In this document: positions 9,308 to 19,645 of the stretch, in pieces | Numbering within the stretch: position 1 is the first letter of the stretch | How the letters are laid out: each line of letters starts with the position of its first letter | Source of the DNA: Escherichia phage PGN6866 | Sequence record: MT127620 | Strand: one strand, 5' to 3' | Length of the DNA: 64,000 nucleotides | Translations under genes and position numbers: made by a program | Notes under the pieces: generated by a model | Databases searched by the model: none | What the model saw: the letters and a program-made list of their open reading frames with translations, nothing else | What the model was told of the DNA's origin: nothing

Positions 9308-10849
9308 ATGTCATTAGATAAACAAATTTATGAAGCTCTAACTGGTAACAACCTTAGTGTAGAGGAAAAGAAAGCACTATTGAATATGTTGAAAGAGCGT
9401 GACCAATGGAGGAAGTATAATAAGATTTTGTCTTTCAAGGCGTATGACTTCCAAAAGAAATTTTATGCAGCAGGATTGAAGCATCGCTTTAGATTCTTGT
9501 GTGCAGCGAACCGTGTTGGTAAATCTTATAGCGAGGCATACGAGTTTGCTTGTCATGTCACAGGTCGCTACCCAACTTGGTGGACAGGATATAAATTTAA
9601 AAGACCTATCTTAGCATGGGCAGTTGGTATTACAGGGGATTCCACAAGGAAAGTATTGCAAAAGGAATTGTTTGGTACACCTATCGGAAAGGATACAAAT
9701 TTATTAGGGACAGGTGTCATTCCTCGTGATGCTATCGTCATTGACACGATAGAACGAGATGGTAACAAACTTCAAATCGTACAAATCAAACATCAAAACG
9801 AAAGAGGAGAGTTTGACGGTTTAAGTACATTAGAATTCCGTTCAACCCAACAGGGTGAACACACATTGATGGGTGCAACAGTTGACTACATTTGGTTAGA
9901 CGAAGAAGATCCATACGAGTCTATGGCTATATTCGCACAGTGCGTCACACGTACACTCACAACTAAAGGTCTAGTTACAATTACAGCTACACCAGAGAAC
10001 GGTTTAACTGAACTGGTAGATAAATTTATGAAAGGTGAAGGGGATGAGAACACAGGTTCTCTGTATTTCCAGAATGCTTCTTGGTGGGATGCTCATGCAG
10101 ACCTAGGTGGACACATCACTGACCAAGATATAAAAGATATGACTGAAGGTATTCCAGCGTGGCAGTTAGAGATGCGTTCGAAAGGTATGCCATTGTTAGG
10201 AAGTGGTTTGATTTATGATGTATCGGATGACACAATTAAATGTGAACCATTCGAAATTCCTGATACGTGGAAACGTGTCTGTGCAATTGATATTGGTATT
10301 GATCACCCAACTGCTGCTGTTTGGACAGCTTACGATGCAAACACGGATACTATCTATGTTTACGACTCATATAAAGAAGGTGGCTTTACTCCAGTGTATC
10401 ATGCTCCAGCTATTAATGGTCGTGGTCAGTGGATTCCTGTCATCCTGCCGCACGATGCGGACAATATTGAGAAAGGTAGTGGCTCATCTGTTGCTCAATT
10501 CTATAAGAATGCAGGAGTTAACGTACAGAGTGAGACCTTCTACAACAAAATTGGAATGGATGGTAAAAAGAACTTCTTTGTAGAACCCGGAATCACAGAT
10601 ATCCGAGAAAGAATGATGAGTGGACGCTTTAAAATCTTTAACACAGCCGCTAATGCTAAGCTATTCGAAGAGAAAGCTAGATATCACCGTAAGGTTGGTA
10701 AGATTATTAAAGAACATGATGACTTAATGGATGCGATGCGCTATTCAGCGTGCTCTGTTACACATCGTGGTCGCTCTAAACATGACGTTAGCTACGGAAG
10801 TGCTTCTCTGTATGAGGCAAACGTAAGCAGATGGAATCAGAGTTACTAA
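9308..10849 (+). CDS. terminase large subunit
   Basis: 513 aa; Walker-A-like NRVGKS, Walker-B-like DYIWLDEED, nuclease-type acidic residues; precedes portal. Confidence 0.8.
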   Translation: MSLDKQIYEALTGNNLSVEEKKALLNMLKERDQWRKYNKILSFKAYDFQKKFYAAGLKHRFRFLCAANRVGKSYSEAYEFACHVTGRYPTWWTGYKFKRPILAWAVGITGDSTRKVLQKELFGTPIGKDTNLLGTGVIPRDAIVIDTIERDGNKLQIVQIKHQNERGEFDGLSTLEFRSTQQGEHTLMGATVDYIWLDEEDPYESMAIFAQCVTRTLTTKGLVTITATPENGLTELVDKFMKGEGDENTGSLYFQNASWWDAHADLGGHITDQDIKDMTEGIPAWQLEMRSKGMPLLGSGLIYDVSDDTIKCEPFEIPDTWKRVCAIDIGIDHPTAAVWTAYDANTDTIYVYDSYKEGGFTPVYHAPAINGRGQWIPVILPHDADNIEKGSGSSVAQFYKNAGVNVQSETFYNKIGMDGKKNFFVEPGITDIRERMMSGRFKIFNTAANAKLFEEKARYHRKVGKIIKEHDDLMDAMRYSACSVTHRGRSKHDVSYGSASLYEANVSRWNQSY

Positions 10850-10854
10850 AGTAA

Positions 10855-10880
10855 GGGGGAGGTTTGTCCTCCCTTCTTTT
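10855..10880 (+). terminator. putative hairpin/terminator
   Basis: GGGGGAGG...CCTCCCTT stem with G-U pairs followed by CTTTTATTT. Confidence 0.4.
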
Positions 10881-10910
10881 ATTTAAGCTATCAACCGAGG
10901 GAGAGAATCG

Positions 10911-13154
10911 ATGGCTAAGCAAAAATATAGTGAAGAGGTGTTGGACGAGTTACGTGTTGACCTTCAACGTCGTTTTAATTACGCTCAAGGTTACGTGGAC
11001 ATGGCTGTTAAGGGCTATGCTCGTGAAGCTTGGGAATATTTCTATGGTAACTTACCTGCACCAGTAACTGCTGGCAGCTCTAGTTGGGTAGATCGTACTG
11101 TTTGGGAATCTGTTAACGGTACATTGCAAGATATTATTAACGTATTCTGTTCTGGTGATGAAGCAGTTACTTTCGTAGCTGACAACCAACAGGATTCTGA
11201 TGCTGCTGATGTAGCAACTAAATTAGTTAACCAAATTCTTCTGCGTGATAATCCGGGATACAATATTATCTCTTCTGCTGCACAAGAATGTCTAGTTACT
11301 CGTAACTCTTTTATCAAGTATTATTGGGATGAACAAACTTCTACTCAAACTGAAGAAGCTGAAGGTGTACCACCGGAAGCATTGGCTGCATATGTTCAGG
11401 GATTAGAAGCTGGTGGACTCAAGAATCTGGAAGTCTTCACTGAAGAAAATGAAGACGGTACAGTCGATGTTAAAGTTACTTACGAACAAACTGTTAAACG
11501 TGTGAAAGTTGAATATGTTCCTTCAGAGCAAATCTTTGTTGATGAACATGCTACCTCTTTTGCAGATGCACAATACTTCTGTCATCGTGTACGTCGTTCT
11601 AAAGAAGATCTGGTTGCTATGGGCTTCCCTAAAGATGAGATTGAAGCATTCAACGACTGGACAGACACGATGGATACCACTCAATCTACAGTTGCTTGGT
11701 CTCGTACTGACTGGCGTCAGGACATTGATGCTGATATTGGTACAGATACCGAAGATATCGCTTCTATGGTTTGGGTTTATGAGCACTACATCCGTACTGG
11801 TGTTCTAGATAAGAATAAAGAGTCTAAACTCTATCAGGTTATTCAAGCTGGTGAGCATATCCTTCACACTGAAGAAGTAACTCACATTCCGTTTGTAACC
11901 TTCTGCCCGTATCCGATTCCGGGTTCCTTCTATGGTCAATCGGTCTATGACATTACGAAAGATATTCAAGATTTACGTACCGCGTTAGTTCGTGGTTATA
12001 TTGATAACGTCAACAATGCTAACTATGGTCGATACAAGGCTCTTGTTGGTGCATACGATCGTCGCTCTCTGCTTGATAACCGTCCCGGTGGAGTGGTTGA
12101 AATGGAACGTCAGGACGCTATTGACCTGTTCCCATACCATAACCTACCTCAAGGTATTGACGGCCTCCTAGGCATGTCTGAGGAGCTTAAAGAGACACGT
12201 ACAGGTGTAACCAAACTAGGCATGGGTATCAACCCTGATGTGTTTAAGAATGATAACGCTTATGCAACCGTAGGCTTGATGATGAATGCTGCACAGAACC
12301 GCCTCCGTATGGTATGTCGTAACATTGCTCACAATGGTATGGTTGAATTGATGCGTGGTATTTACAACCTTATCAGAGAAAATGGTGAAGTTCCTATCGA
12401 GGTACAAACCCCTCGTGGTATGATTCAGGTAAACCCAAAACAATTACCAGCTCGTCACAACCTCCAAGTTGTTGTAGCTATCTCTCCTAATGAGAAAGCA
12501 GAACGTGCACAGAAACTGATTAGCTTGAAACAGCTGATTGCAGCAGATGCACAGTTAGCGCCTCTCTTTGGTTTGGAGCAAGACCGTTACATGACTGCAC
12601 AGATCTTTGAGTTGATGGGCATTAAGGACACACATAAATACCTTCTGCCTCTGGAACAGTATCAGCCTCCAGAACCTTCTCCGATGGAAATCCTCCAGCT
12701 CGAGATGACTAAAGCACAGGTTGAGAACGTACAGGCTTCTTCTCAGAAGATGATTGCTGATGCATTCGACCAACGTGAACGTACTACATTCGAACAGCAG
12801 AAAGCTGCGGATGAATTAAGTCTACGTCAGGAAGAGTTGCAATTCAAGCAAGAAAATGCAGCAGATGCAATGACTCTGGAAAACCGTAAAGAAGATAACA
12901 ATGCTACTCTGGAACAAGCTAAGCACAAGTTAGCTCTTATGCAACAGCAGGTCCGTCAGTATGAATCTATACTGAAAGAATTGCAGATGGTTATGTCTCA
13001 TCAGGTAGACCAAGAGAAGATTGTTCAGCAAGCTCGTGTTCAGGATAAAACTTTGGAACTCCAAAAGAAAGAAGCTAATGTAACTAAGAAAGAGCAACAA
13101 GCTTCTCTCAAAGATTCACGGATTCCAGGCAAACGTCTTGGAAGTAAAAACTAA
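10911..13154 (+). CDS. portal protein
   Basis: 747 aa directly after large terminase, C-terminal Q/E-rich coiled coil; size and position. Confidence 0.7.
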   Translation: MAKQKYSEEVLDELRVDLQRRFNYAQGYVDMAVKGYAREAWEYFYGNLPAPVTAGSSSWVDRTVWESVNGTLQDIINVFCSGDEAVTFVADNQQDSDAADVATKLVNQILLRDNPGYNIISSAAQECLVTRNSFIKYYWDEQTSTQTEEAEGVPPEALAAYVQGLEAGGLKNLEVFTEENEDGTVDVKVTYEQTVKRVKVEYVPSEQIFVDEHATSFADAQYFCHRVRRSKEDLVAMGFPKDEIEAFNDWTDTMDTTQSTVAWSRTDWRQDIDADIGTDTEDIASMVWVYEHYIRTGVLDKNKESKLYQVIQAGEHILHTEEVTHIPFVTFCPYPIPGSFYGQSVYDITKDIQDLRTALVRGYIDNVNNANYGRYKALVGAYDRRSLLDNRPGGVVEMERQDAIDLFPYHNLPQGIDGLLGMSEELKETRTGVTKLGMGINPDVFKNDNAYATVGLMMNAAQNRLRMVCRNIAHNGMVELMRGIYNLIRENGEVPIEVQTPRGMIQVNPKQLPARHNLQVVVAISPNEKAERAQKLISLKQLIAADAQLAPLFGLEQDRYMTAQIFELMGIKDTHKYLLPLEQYQPPEPSPMEILQLEMTKAQVENVQASSQKMIADAFDQRERTTFEQQKAADELSLRQEELQFKQENAADAMTLENRKEDNNATLEQAKHKLALMQQQVRQYESILKELQMVMSHQVDQEKIVQQARVQDKTLELQKKEANVTKKEQQASLKDSRIPGKRLGSKN

Positions 13155-13163
13155 GGACGTCGA

Positions 13164-13400
13164 ATGAACATTAGACATCAATTTAATAAAGAGCACGCCG
13201 CCGCTTTGGCGGCTCTCAATCTTAACGGCAGTCTTGACGCAGCATTAGAGGCATTGAAAGAAAGACTCATGACAGAGATAGTTCAAACTGAACCTCATGA
13301 GAATAAGAAACGCGAAGATTGTTATCAAAAGTATAAAATGGTGGGTAGCTTAAAAGAGGTCATAAAAGCTGCTATCAATAGTGCAGGAGATGTTTCATAA
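13164..13400 (+). CDS. hypothetical small head-module protein
   Basis: 78 aa between portal and scaffold. Confidence 0.4.
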   Translation: MNIRHQFNKEHAAALAALNLNGSLDAALEALKERLMTEIVQTEPHENKKREDCYQKYKMVGSLKEVIKAAINSAGDVS

Positions 13401-14476
13401 TGCCACAAGATAATTATATTGACCCGAACGATTTTAAATCTTTCCTCCAACTGGATGACCTGAAAGGTTCTTTCAAAGAAGAACTCGGTCGATTAGAATC
13501 TGAACAAGAACCAGAAGTGGACATTGACGATGAGTTCCCGGAAAAAGACGGTGACGATTTCGACTTTGATACCGACCTTCTCGGTGAAAGCGATGAGCTT
13601 AAGTTCGAAGATGAAGATGGTTGGGAAGATCGTGAAGAGGAAGGCGAAGTCGAAGAAGATGAAGATGAATCCTCTGAAGCAGAAGAACAAGAGGAAGAAG
13701 ATTCAAGCGATGCAGAGTATGAAGATGATTCTGCTGACGGTGAAGGTGAAGTCTTTGATGTAGACTACGAAACCGTTATCACCCTTCCTGATGGACGTGA
13801 GATGACTATTGAAGAACTTTCTAATGGCTATCTTACTGGTGCTGATATGACAGAACGAGAATCAACTCTTCAGCGTCATATGGAAGCATTCGAGGAACGT
13901 GTAGTAGGTTTGAAGGATGTATTAGAACTAGCGTCTTTAGAAGCAGACCGAGTAATTGAAGATTATAACGGTTTTGATTGGGACAAGCTTGCAGTAGAAG
14001 ATCCTCAAGCATATGTTGAAAACAAACGTTTCCTAGAGAAGTACACAGCTCGCCGTCAACAGCTTGAACAGGCTCAGGTCCGTATTAAGCAGGAAGCAGC
14101 AGCTAAAGAGCAGGAAGCTTTCCAAGCCAAGAGTATTGAATGTGTTAATATTCTGAAACGTGAGATTCCAAATTGGGATGAAAACTTATATCAAAACTTA
14201 ATGCAATACGCAATTGACTTAGGTGCTACTGAAGAAGACGTACTGAAGGAAAACCGTCCGTCTATTTTCCTAGCTCTCCATAAAGCATACCAATTTGATA
14301 AAGGTAAGCAACAGGTGATGGCTAAGATTAAACGTCCCGGTGCTCCACGCAAGGTTGTGAAGTCTGATGCTGCAAAGTCTCGCACTTCCAATAAGCCCGA
14401 CAACGCTAAGGTTGCCAAGGCATTCGCAGAGGGTCGCGTTAGTCACGAAGACGCATTCAAATTCCTCGTAGACTAA
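13400..14476 (+). CDS. scaffolding protein
   Basis: 358 aa, extremely acidic N-terminal half, helical C-terminus, immediately upstream of capsid gene. Confidence 0.55.
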   Translation: MPQDNYIDPNDFKSFLQLDDLKGSFKEELGRLESEQEPEVDIDDEFPEKDGDDFDFDTDLLGESDELKFEDEDGWEDREEEGEVEEDEDESSEAEEQEEEDSSDAEYEDDSADGEGEVFDVDYETVITLPDGREMTIEELSNGYLTGADMTERESTLQRHMEAFEERVVGLKDVLELASLEADRVIEDYNGFDWDKLAVEDPQAYVENKRFLEKYTARRQQLEQAQVRIKQEAAAKEQEAFQAKSIECVNILKREIPNWDENLYQNLMQYAIDLGATEEDVLKENRPSIFLALHKAYQFDKGKQQVMAKIKRPGAPRKVVKSDAAKSRTSNKPDNAKVAKAFAEGRVSHEDAFKFLVD

Positions 14477-14516
14477 TCGACAAATTAATTATTAATAGTA
14501 TAGGAGCTAACATAAC

Positions 14517-15575
14517 ATGGCTAATCCAACTTTATTTGTATCGTATGACCAGAATGGTAAAAAACTTTCTTTTGCTAACTGGATTTCTGTTCTGTCCCCT
14601 CAGGATACCCCGTTCGTATCTATGACCGGTAAAGAGTCTATCAACCAGACTATCTTTAGCTGGCAGACCGATGCACTGGCAAGCGTTGACGGTAATAACG
14701 CACACGTCGAAGGCTCTCGTGCTGAAGACGGCGAAATGAAACCGACTGTTATCAAATCTAACGTTACTCAGATTCTGCGTAAGGTTGTTCGTGTTTCTGA
14801 TACTGCTAACACCACCGCTAACTACGGTCGTGGTCGTGAACTGATGTATCAGCTGGAGAAGAAAGGTAAAGAGATCAAGCGTGACCTCGAGAAAATCCTT
14901 CTGTCCGGTCAGGCTCGTACCGACGTTCTGGCTGACCAGTACCTGACTAACTCTGCAACTGATCCTGCAACTGTTGGTCTGAACGACACTCATGCAGCTC
15001 GTAAGACTGGTGCATTCCAGTTCCTGTGTGCTCACGGTGGTCTGGCTGGTGGTGTTGTTGACAAGACCAAGAATGGTCCTGCTGACCCGGATACTGGTGC
15101 AGTAACTGTTAAAGTTGCACAGAATGCTTCTAACCCGACCACTAACATTGGTTTCGACGAAGCTGATATCTTTGATATGACTCTGCAACTGTATACCGCT
15201 GGTTCTGAAGCAGATATCATCATGATTAACCCGGCTCATGCTAAGATCTTTGCTGGTCTGCAAGAAAATACTCAGGGTTCACGTAAGCGTATCTTTGAGA
15301 ACACCAAGCAGTTCATCTACGAAGTTAACAGCATCACTGACCCGCTGGGCCAGAGCTACAAAATCATCGTTAACCGTTGGATGCCTACCGATGCAGTTTA
15401 CTTCTTCCGTAGCGCTGACTGGACCCAGATGGTTCTGCGTGCTCCGAAACGTACTGAACTGGCGAAAGATGGTTCTTACGAGAAGTGGATGATTGAAATG
15501 GAAGTTGGTCTGCGTCACCGCAACCCGTATGCTTCCGGCGTTCTGTTCACTGCTGCGGGAAAGGTGGCGGCGTAA
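14517..15575 (+). CDS. major capsid protein
   Basis: 352 aa; strongly optimised codon usage, strong Shine-Dalgarno, position after scaffold. Confidence 0.8.
   Translation: MANPTLFVSYDQNGKKLSFANWISVLSPQDTPFVSMTGKESINQTIFSWQTDALASVDGNNAHVEGSRAEDGEMKPTVIKSNVTQILRKVVRVSDTANTTANYGRGRELMYQLEKKGKEIKRDLEKILLSGQARTDVLADQYLTNSATDPATVGLNDTHAARKTGAFQFLCAHGGLAGGVVDKTKNGPADPDTGAVTVKVAQNASNPTTNIGFDEADIFDMTLQLYTAGSEADIIMINPAHAKIFAGLQENTQGSRKRIFENTKQFIYEVNSITDPLGQSYKIIVNRWMPTDAVYFFRSADWTQMVLRAPKRTELAKDGSYEKWMIEMEVGLRHRNPYASGVLFTAAGKVAA
15557..15563 (+). other. -1 programmed ribosomal frameshift slippery heptamer G_GGA_AAG
   Basis: X_XXY_YYZ heptamer in capsid zero frame, 10 nt before the stop; the -1 frame is open from here to 16099. 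Confidence 0.6.
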
Positions 15576-16099
15576 CAGTAGACAGTGTGACTGTTAGCCC
15601 TGCGTCTTTAGCTAGTCTAGAGACAGGGGCTACTCGGCAGTTCACTGCAAGCGCGGAGAAAAGTGATGGTTCTACCGAAACAACTGGCTTTACTTGGTCA
15701 GTGACAGGAGGTGGTTCTATCACTCAGTCGGGTTTGTATACTGCTCCGAGTGCGTCTCAATCCACTGATGTATCCATTACTGCAACTTTAGAAGGTGTTT
15801 CTGGAACAGCAACCATTTCTGAAATTGTTGCTCCTACTCCTACTATTGTAGCTAAGGGTCCAATTACGGGTAAAACTGGTGGTTCCTCCACTAATTTCAC
15901 TACCATGTTTACTGTAACTAATTCTGCTGCTGCGGATTACACGTTTGTTGTAACTCCTACAGAAGCTGGTACAGTAAGCGCAGCTGGTGCGTTAACCTTA
16001 GATTCTGCTGCAAGTGGCGAAGTTACTGTTCAAGCAAGTTTGACAGCTGATCCGTCCATCAATGCAACATGCACTTTTACTGGTGTAACACCTGCTTAA
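15564..16099 (+). CDS. Ig-like (Big_2-type) C-terminal extension of the capsid protein, made by -1 frameshift
   Basis: -1 frame reads GKGGGVTVDSVTVSPASL...; Big_2-like pattern (SVTVSP..G.T.QFTA...TWSVTGGGSIT.SGLYTA...ITATL); no independent ATG or Shine-Dalgarno. Confidence 0.6.
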
Positions 16100-16105
16100 A
16101 ACTAG

Positions 16106-16135
16106 ACCCTGCCTTCGGGCGGGGTTTTTTCGTTT
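16106..16135 (+). terminator. rho-independent terminator after the capsid gene
   Basis: 8-bp stem ACCCTGCC / GGCGGGGT with UUCG loop followed by TTTTTTCGTTTT. Confidence 0.6.
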
Positions 16136-16200
16136 TAAGACCTATACAAGCAAGTGTGTAATGTATATTCTTTGTCTACATATAACAAGGAGGACAACCT

Positions 16201-16953
16201 ATGGCAATGCCAGATGTTCAATACCCCATCAATACCTATGGGTGGCTAAAGAAGGCCGTGGCCCTCTGGGCAGATAGGGACGACGATGAATTTGTTAATC
16301 AAATTCCAAACTTTATTAACTTTGCAGAGAAAGAGATTTATCGTAACTTACGTATTCCTCCTCTGGAAAAAGAAGTATATTTAGATATTAAAGATGGAGT
16401 AGCTTACATTCCTCCTGATTACTTAGAAGCTCAATGGATGATGAGAGCCAAAGATGGCACAATCTTCCAAGTAACCTCTCCTGAAGAGATTAGCTATCGT
16501 AGACAGCATGGAACAATTAACCCATCTCACTGGAATAACCAACCTGTCAACTTTGCTCGTTTCGGTAGTCGTTTCATTTTCTACCCTAGCATCGAAGCAG
16601 ATACTCCGTACTACCCTGATGATGGAAGCCCTTTGATTCCAGCAGAAAACTCAGTGATTCTTAGCTATTATGCAGACCCACCGGAATTCCATGAAGATAC
16701 AGATACTAGTACTATTCTTACTATAGCACCAGAACTTCTTCTGTACTTCACCCTACGTCATGCTTGTCTCTTTGTTCAAGATGATAATGGTGTTCAGAAA
16801 TGGTCAGCATTAGGAAAAGCTATCCTTGATGAAATGGTAGAACAGAATAAGAAACAAGAGTACTCAGGTTCACCTATCGCAATTCCGAATAACATGACTC
16901 GACTTCAGAGCAGCCTGCCTGATATTTATGGTATTCGTACTTCTCGTGTATAA
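16201..16953 (+). CDS. virion structural protein (adaptor or tail tubular candidate)
   Basis: 250 aa, strong Shine-Dalgarno AAGGAGG, first gene after the capsid terminator. Confidence 0.45.
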   Translation: MAMPDVQYPINTYGWLKKAVALWADRDDDEFVNQIPNFINFAEKEIYRNLRIPPLEKEVYLDIKDGVAYIPPDYLEAQWMMRAKDGTIFQVTSPEEISYRRQHGTINPSHWNNQPVNFARFGSRFIFYPSIEADTPYYPDDGSPLIPAENSVILSYYADPPEFHEDTDTSTILTIAPELLLYFTLRHACLFVQDDNGVQKWSALGKAILDEMVEQNKKQEYSGSPIAIPNNMTRLQSSLPDIYGIRTSRV

Positions 16954-16962
16954 GGAGACAAT

Positions 16963-19605
16963 ATGATCGTTTATAATAACCAAGCACCTGATGCAGTGAA
17001 TAACGTTGGGCAGTTTGGTGCTACTGAAGGCTCTATCGGAGCTTACAAGCAAGCAGCAGAGTATGCAGCTGACTCCAAATATTGGGCACTGCTAGCGGAG
17101 TCTAAGTTTGGTACAATCGATGACTTGATCGCTGAAGTGGAACGTCTGTATCAACAAGGTGTTCTGATGAAGCAAGATATCGAGGATCTTAAGCAGGATT
17201 TTAAAGATCAAGATGCTCGTCTAATGACGTTAATTGCTCAAACTAACGCAGCAGTCTCTGATGCAAATAACGCAGTCGCCCTGATTAACCAGAAACTCAT
17301 TGAAGTCCAGAATCAGCTTGATGTTCTGTTAGGAATGTCTGTTGATGTAACAACCCTCCCTCCGGGAACTCCGGCTACTGGTTCTTTTAATCCTAACACT
17401 GGTGTAATTTCTTTAGGTATCCCAGAAGGTGAACCCGGAAAAGATGGTTCTGTTAAAGACTTGGATACAGCACCTACAGGTGTTCCAGAGCTAGGTGACT
17501 TGGGTTTCTATGTTGACAAAGATGACAATACCGTCCATAAAACTACTCTAGAGAATATTGCTAACTTAATCCCATCTGTTCGTTCTGTTTCTGTTAATGG
17601 GGGACCAGCTCTTGATGGAGAGGTTGCTCTAACAATCAACAAAGAGACAGTAGGTTTAGGAAATGTTCTGAACGTTGCTCAATACAGTCGTCAAGAGATT
17701 AATGACAAATTTGACAAGACTACCAAGACATACCAATCAAAAGCAGAAGCTGATGCTGATGCTCAGTATCGTCAAGTAGGTGAGAAAGTTTTAGTTTGGG
17801 AAGCTACTAAGTATGAATTCTATACTGTTGCTGCTAACAAAACACTAACTCCTGTTAAAACTGAAGGTAGGATCCTTACTGTTAACTCCCGTTCTCCAGA
17901 TTCCAGTGGTAACATTGACATTACTATTCCAACAGGAAACCCTTCTCTGTATCTTGGTGAGATGGTGATGTTCCCTTATGACCCAACGAAGAATATCTCC
18001 TATCCGGGTGTTCTTCCAGCTGACGGTCGTCTAGTATCTAAAGAATCTGCTTCAGACTTAGGTCCATCTCTTGTCAGTGGACAACTTCCTGTTGTTTCTG
18101 AAACTGAATGGCAAGCAGGGGCTAAACAATATTTCTCATGGGGTAAGCTAGCAGATGGGATTACTGATGCGGATTCTACTAATTTCATCAATATTCGACT
18201 TCCTGATTGGACTGGAGGGGAGGCAATAAGAGCACCAGATTCTGATAAAGATTCTCAGTATAATGGGTCTGTACAGGCTCAGAAACCTTATGTTGTCACT
18301 GTAAATAACCAAGCTCCTGATGAGATTACTGGTAATGTGAACATCTCCAGATCTATCTTGGGAGCAGCTTCTTCTGGTGCAAACTCTGATATAACATCCC
18401 TGACAGGACTCACTACAGCTCTCTCTATCGCTCAAGGCGGTACAGGAGGGAAAACTCCATCTGAAGCTAGGGCAAACCTGAATCTTGAAAGATTTCAACA
18501 AGACAATTCGCAGACTTTGATATATTCTCCTGATTATGCCCGTCGTGTTTATGTTGACAACACTGGTGGTTCTTGGGGGTGCCAGAACGTAACAGATGGC
18601 GGTTTTATTGCTCTTGGTATTCCTCAAGGGGGTACGGGAGCTAAGGATGCTGCTGGTGCACGAAGCAATCTCGGTTTGGGTTCAGTGTCCACGCTAAACA
18701 ATATACCCGTAGCTAATGGAGGTACTGGAGCAACTACTGCTGCTGGTGCTCGTTCCAACTTAGGTCTCGGGAGTGTTTCTACTCTAGATAACGTCCCTAT
18801 CGCTAGCGGTGGGACAGGTGCTGGGGATGCTGCTGGTGCAAGGTTTAACCTAGGGTTGGGGAGTTCAGCTACTCTAAACACTGGAACTACCAGCGGTAAT
18901 GTTCTTAAGGTTGGTGATTTTGGAATTGGAAGACCTGACGGTGCTCTTGTTTTTGATACTACTTCACAAGACCAACTTCTTGCTGGACTTGACACTTATG
19001 GGCTGTGTGTGTTTAGGAATAACCAACAAATAGCAGCACCTTGGGATATATGGAATTACTCCTCAAACCTCTTCTTTAGGGCAGGAGACACATACAGTAT
19101 GATAAGTATTCCGTTTGAGTCTGCCGGTAAGATAAAAGTTTTTGGTGGTGCAGCAGGCAGTGGGTGGAAAACCTCAAGGACGGTATATGATACTGTAAAT
19201 ACAACTGTTGACGTCAATGGCTTTATCAAAGCAGCGTCACCAATAGTTAAGGTATTCCATGACGGAAGTTTTGAAACAAATGAACAATCTGATGGAGTTA
19301 GTGTTAAGAAAATCTCCACTGGGGTTTATTTAATTTCAGGGTGTCTTGGTCTTAATTCTGATGCAGGATGGGGTGGGGTAGATGGAGGCTTTGAAATCCC
19401 AATAGACCGAAACAAACAACCTAGAGTTTGGCTTGACTATGAGGTTAAAGAGGATGGTTCTCTTTTAATTAAAACTTATCATAGAACCCATTCAACATCC
19501 CCAGCTTTTGCTAGAAACGAGTTGGAAGGTTTTTCTGACGGAGACCCTGTTGACATTCCTAAGGATGCGTTCATTTCGGTTCGTGTTGAAATGCCTTCTA
19601 AGTAA
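16963..19605 (+). CDS. tail fibre protein with repeated GGTG...AAGAR.NLGLGS motifs
   Basis: 880 aa; three tandem copies of GGTGAxxAAGARxNLGLGSxSTL around residues 540-640. Confidence 0.6.
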   Translation: MIVYNNQAPDAVNNVGQFGATEGSIGAYKQAAEYAADSKYWALLAESKFGTIDDLIAEVERLYQQGVLMKQDIEDLKQDFKDQDARLMTLIAQTNAAVSDANNAVALINQKLIEVQNQLDVLLGMSVDVTTLPPGTPATGSFNPNTGVISLGIPEGEPGKDGSVKDLDTAPTGVPELGDLGFYVDKDDNTVHKTTLENIANLIPSVRSVSVNGGPALDGEVALTINKETVGLGNVLNVAQYSRQEINDKFDKTTKTYQSKAEADADAQYRQVGEKVLVWEATKYEFYTVAANKTLTPVKTEGRILTVNSRSPDSSGNIDITIPTGNPSLYLGEMVMFPYDPTKNISYPGVLPADGRLVSKESASDLGPSLVSGQLPVVSETEWQAGAKQYFSWGKLADGITDADSTNFINIRLPDWTGGEAIRAPDSDKDSQYNGSVQAQKPYVVTVNNQAPDEITGNVNISRSILGAASSGANSDITSLTGLTTALSIAQGGTGGKTPSEARANLNLERFQQDNSQTLIYSPDYARRVYVDNTGGSWGCQNVTDGGFIALGIPQGGTGAKDAAGARSNLGLGSVSTLNNIPVANGGTGATTAAGARSNLGLGSVSTLDNVPIASGGTGAGDAAGARFNLGLGSSATLNTGTTSGNVLKVGDFGIGRPDGALVFDTTSQDQLLAGLDTYGLCVFRNNQQIAAPWDIWNYSSNLFFRAGDTYSMISIPFESAGKIKVFGGAAGSGWKTSRTVYDTVNTTVDVNGFIKAASPIVKVFHDGSFETNEQSDGVSVKKISTGVYLISGCLGLNSDAGWGGVDGGFEIPIDRNKQPRVWLDYEVKEDGSLLIKTYHRTHSTSPAFARNELEGFSDGDPVDIPKDAFISVRVEMPSK

Positions 19606-19614
19606 ATTAACAAT

Positions 19615-19633
19615 GCTCCCTTCGGGGAGCTTT
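19615..19633 (+). other. GC hairpin with UUCG loop (processing site or weak terminator)
   Basis: GCTCCC-TTCG-GGGAGC followed by only TTT. Confidence 0.35.
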
Positions 19634-19645
19634 AAGGAGATTTAA

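Noticed and set aside
14532-15518. Minus-strand ORFs antisense to the capsid gene (14532..15263, 15032..15223, 15279..15518) and plus ORF 15238..15492
   Set aside because: Embedded in the strongly codon-optimised capsid frame; shadow ORFs.
15587-16099. Ig-like ORF as an independent gene starting at GTG 15587
   Set aside because: No Shine-Dalgarno; frame is open upstream into the capsid gene and joins it at a canonical slippery heptamer, so it is treated as a frameshift extension.
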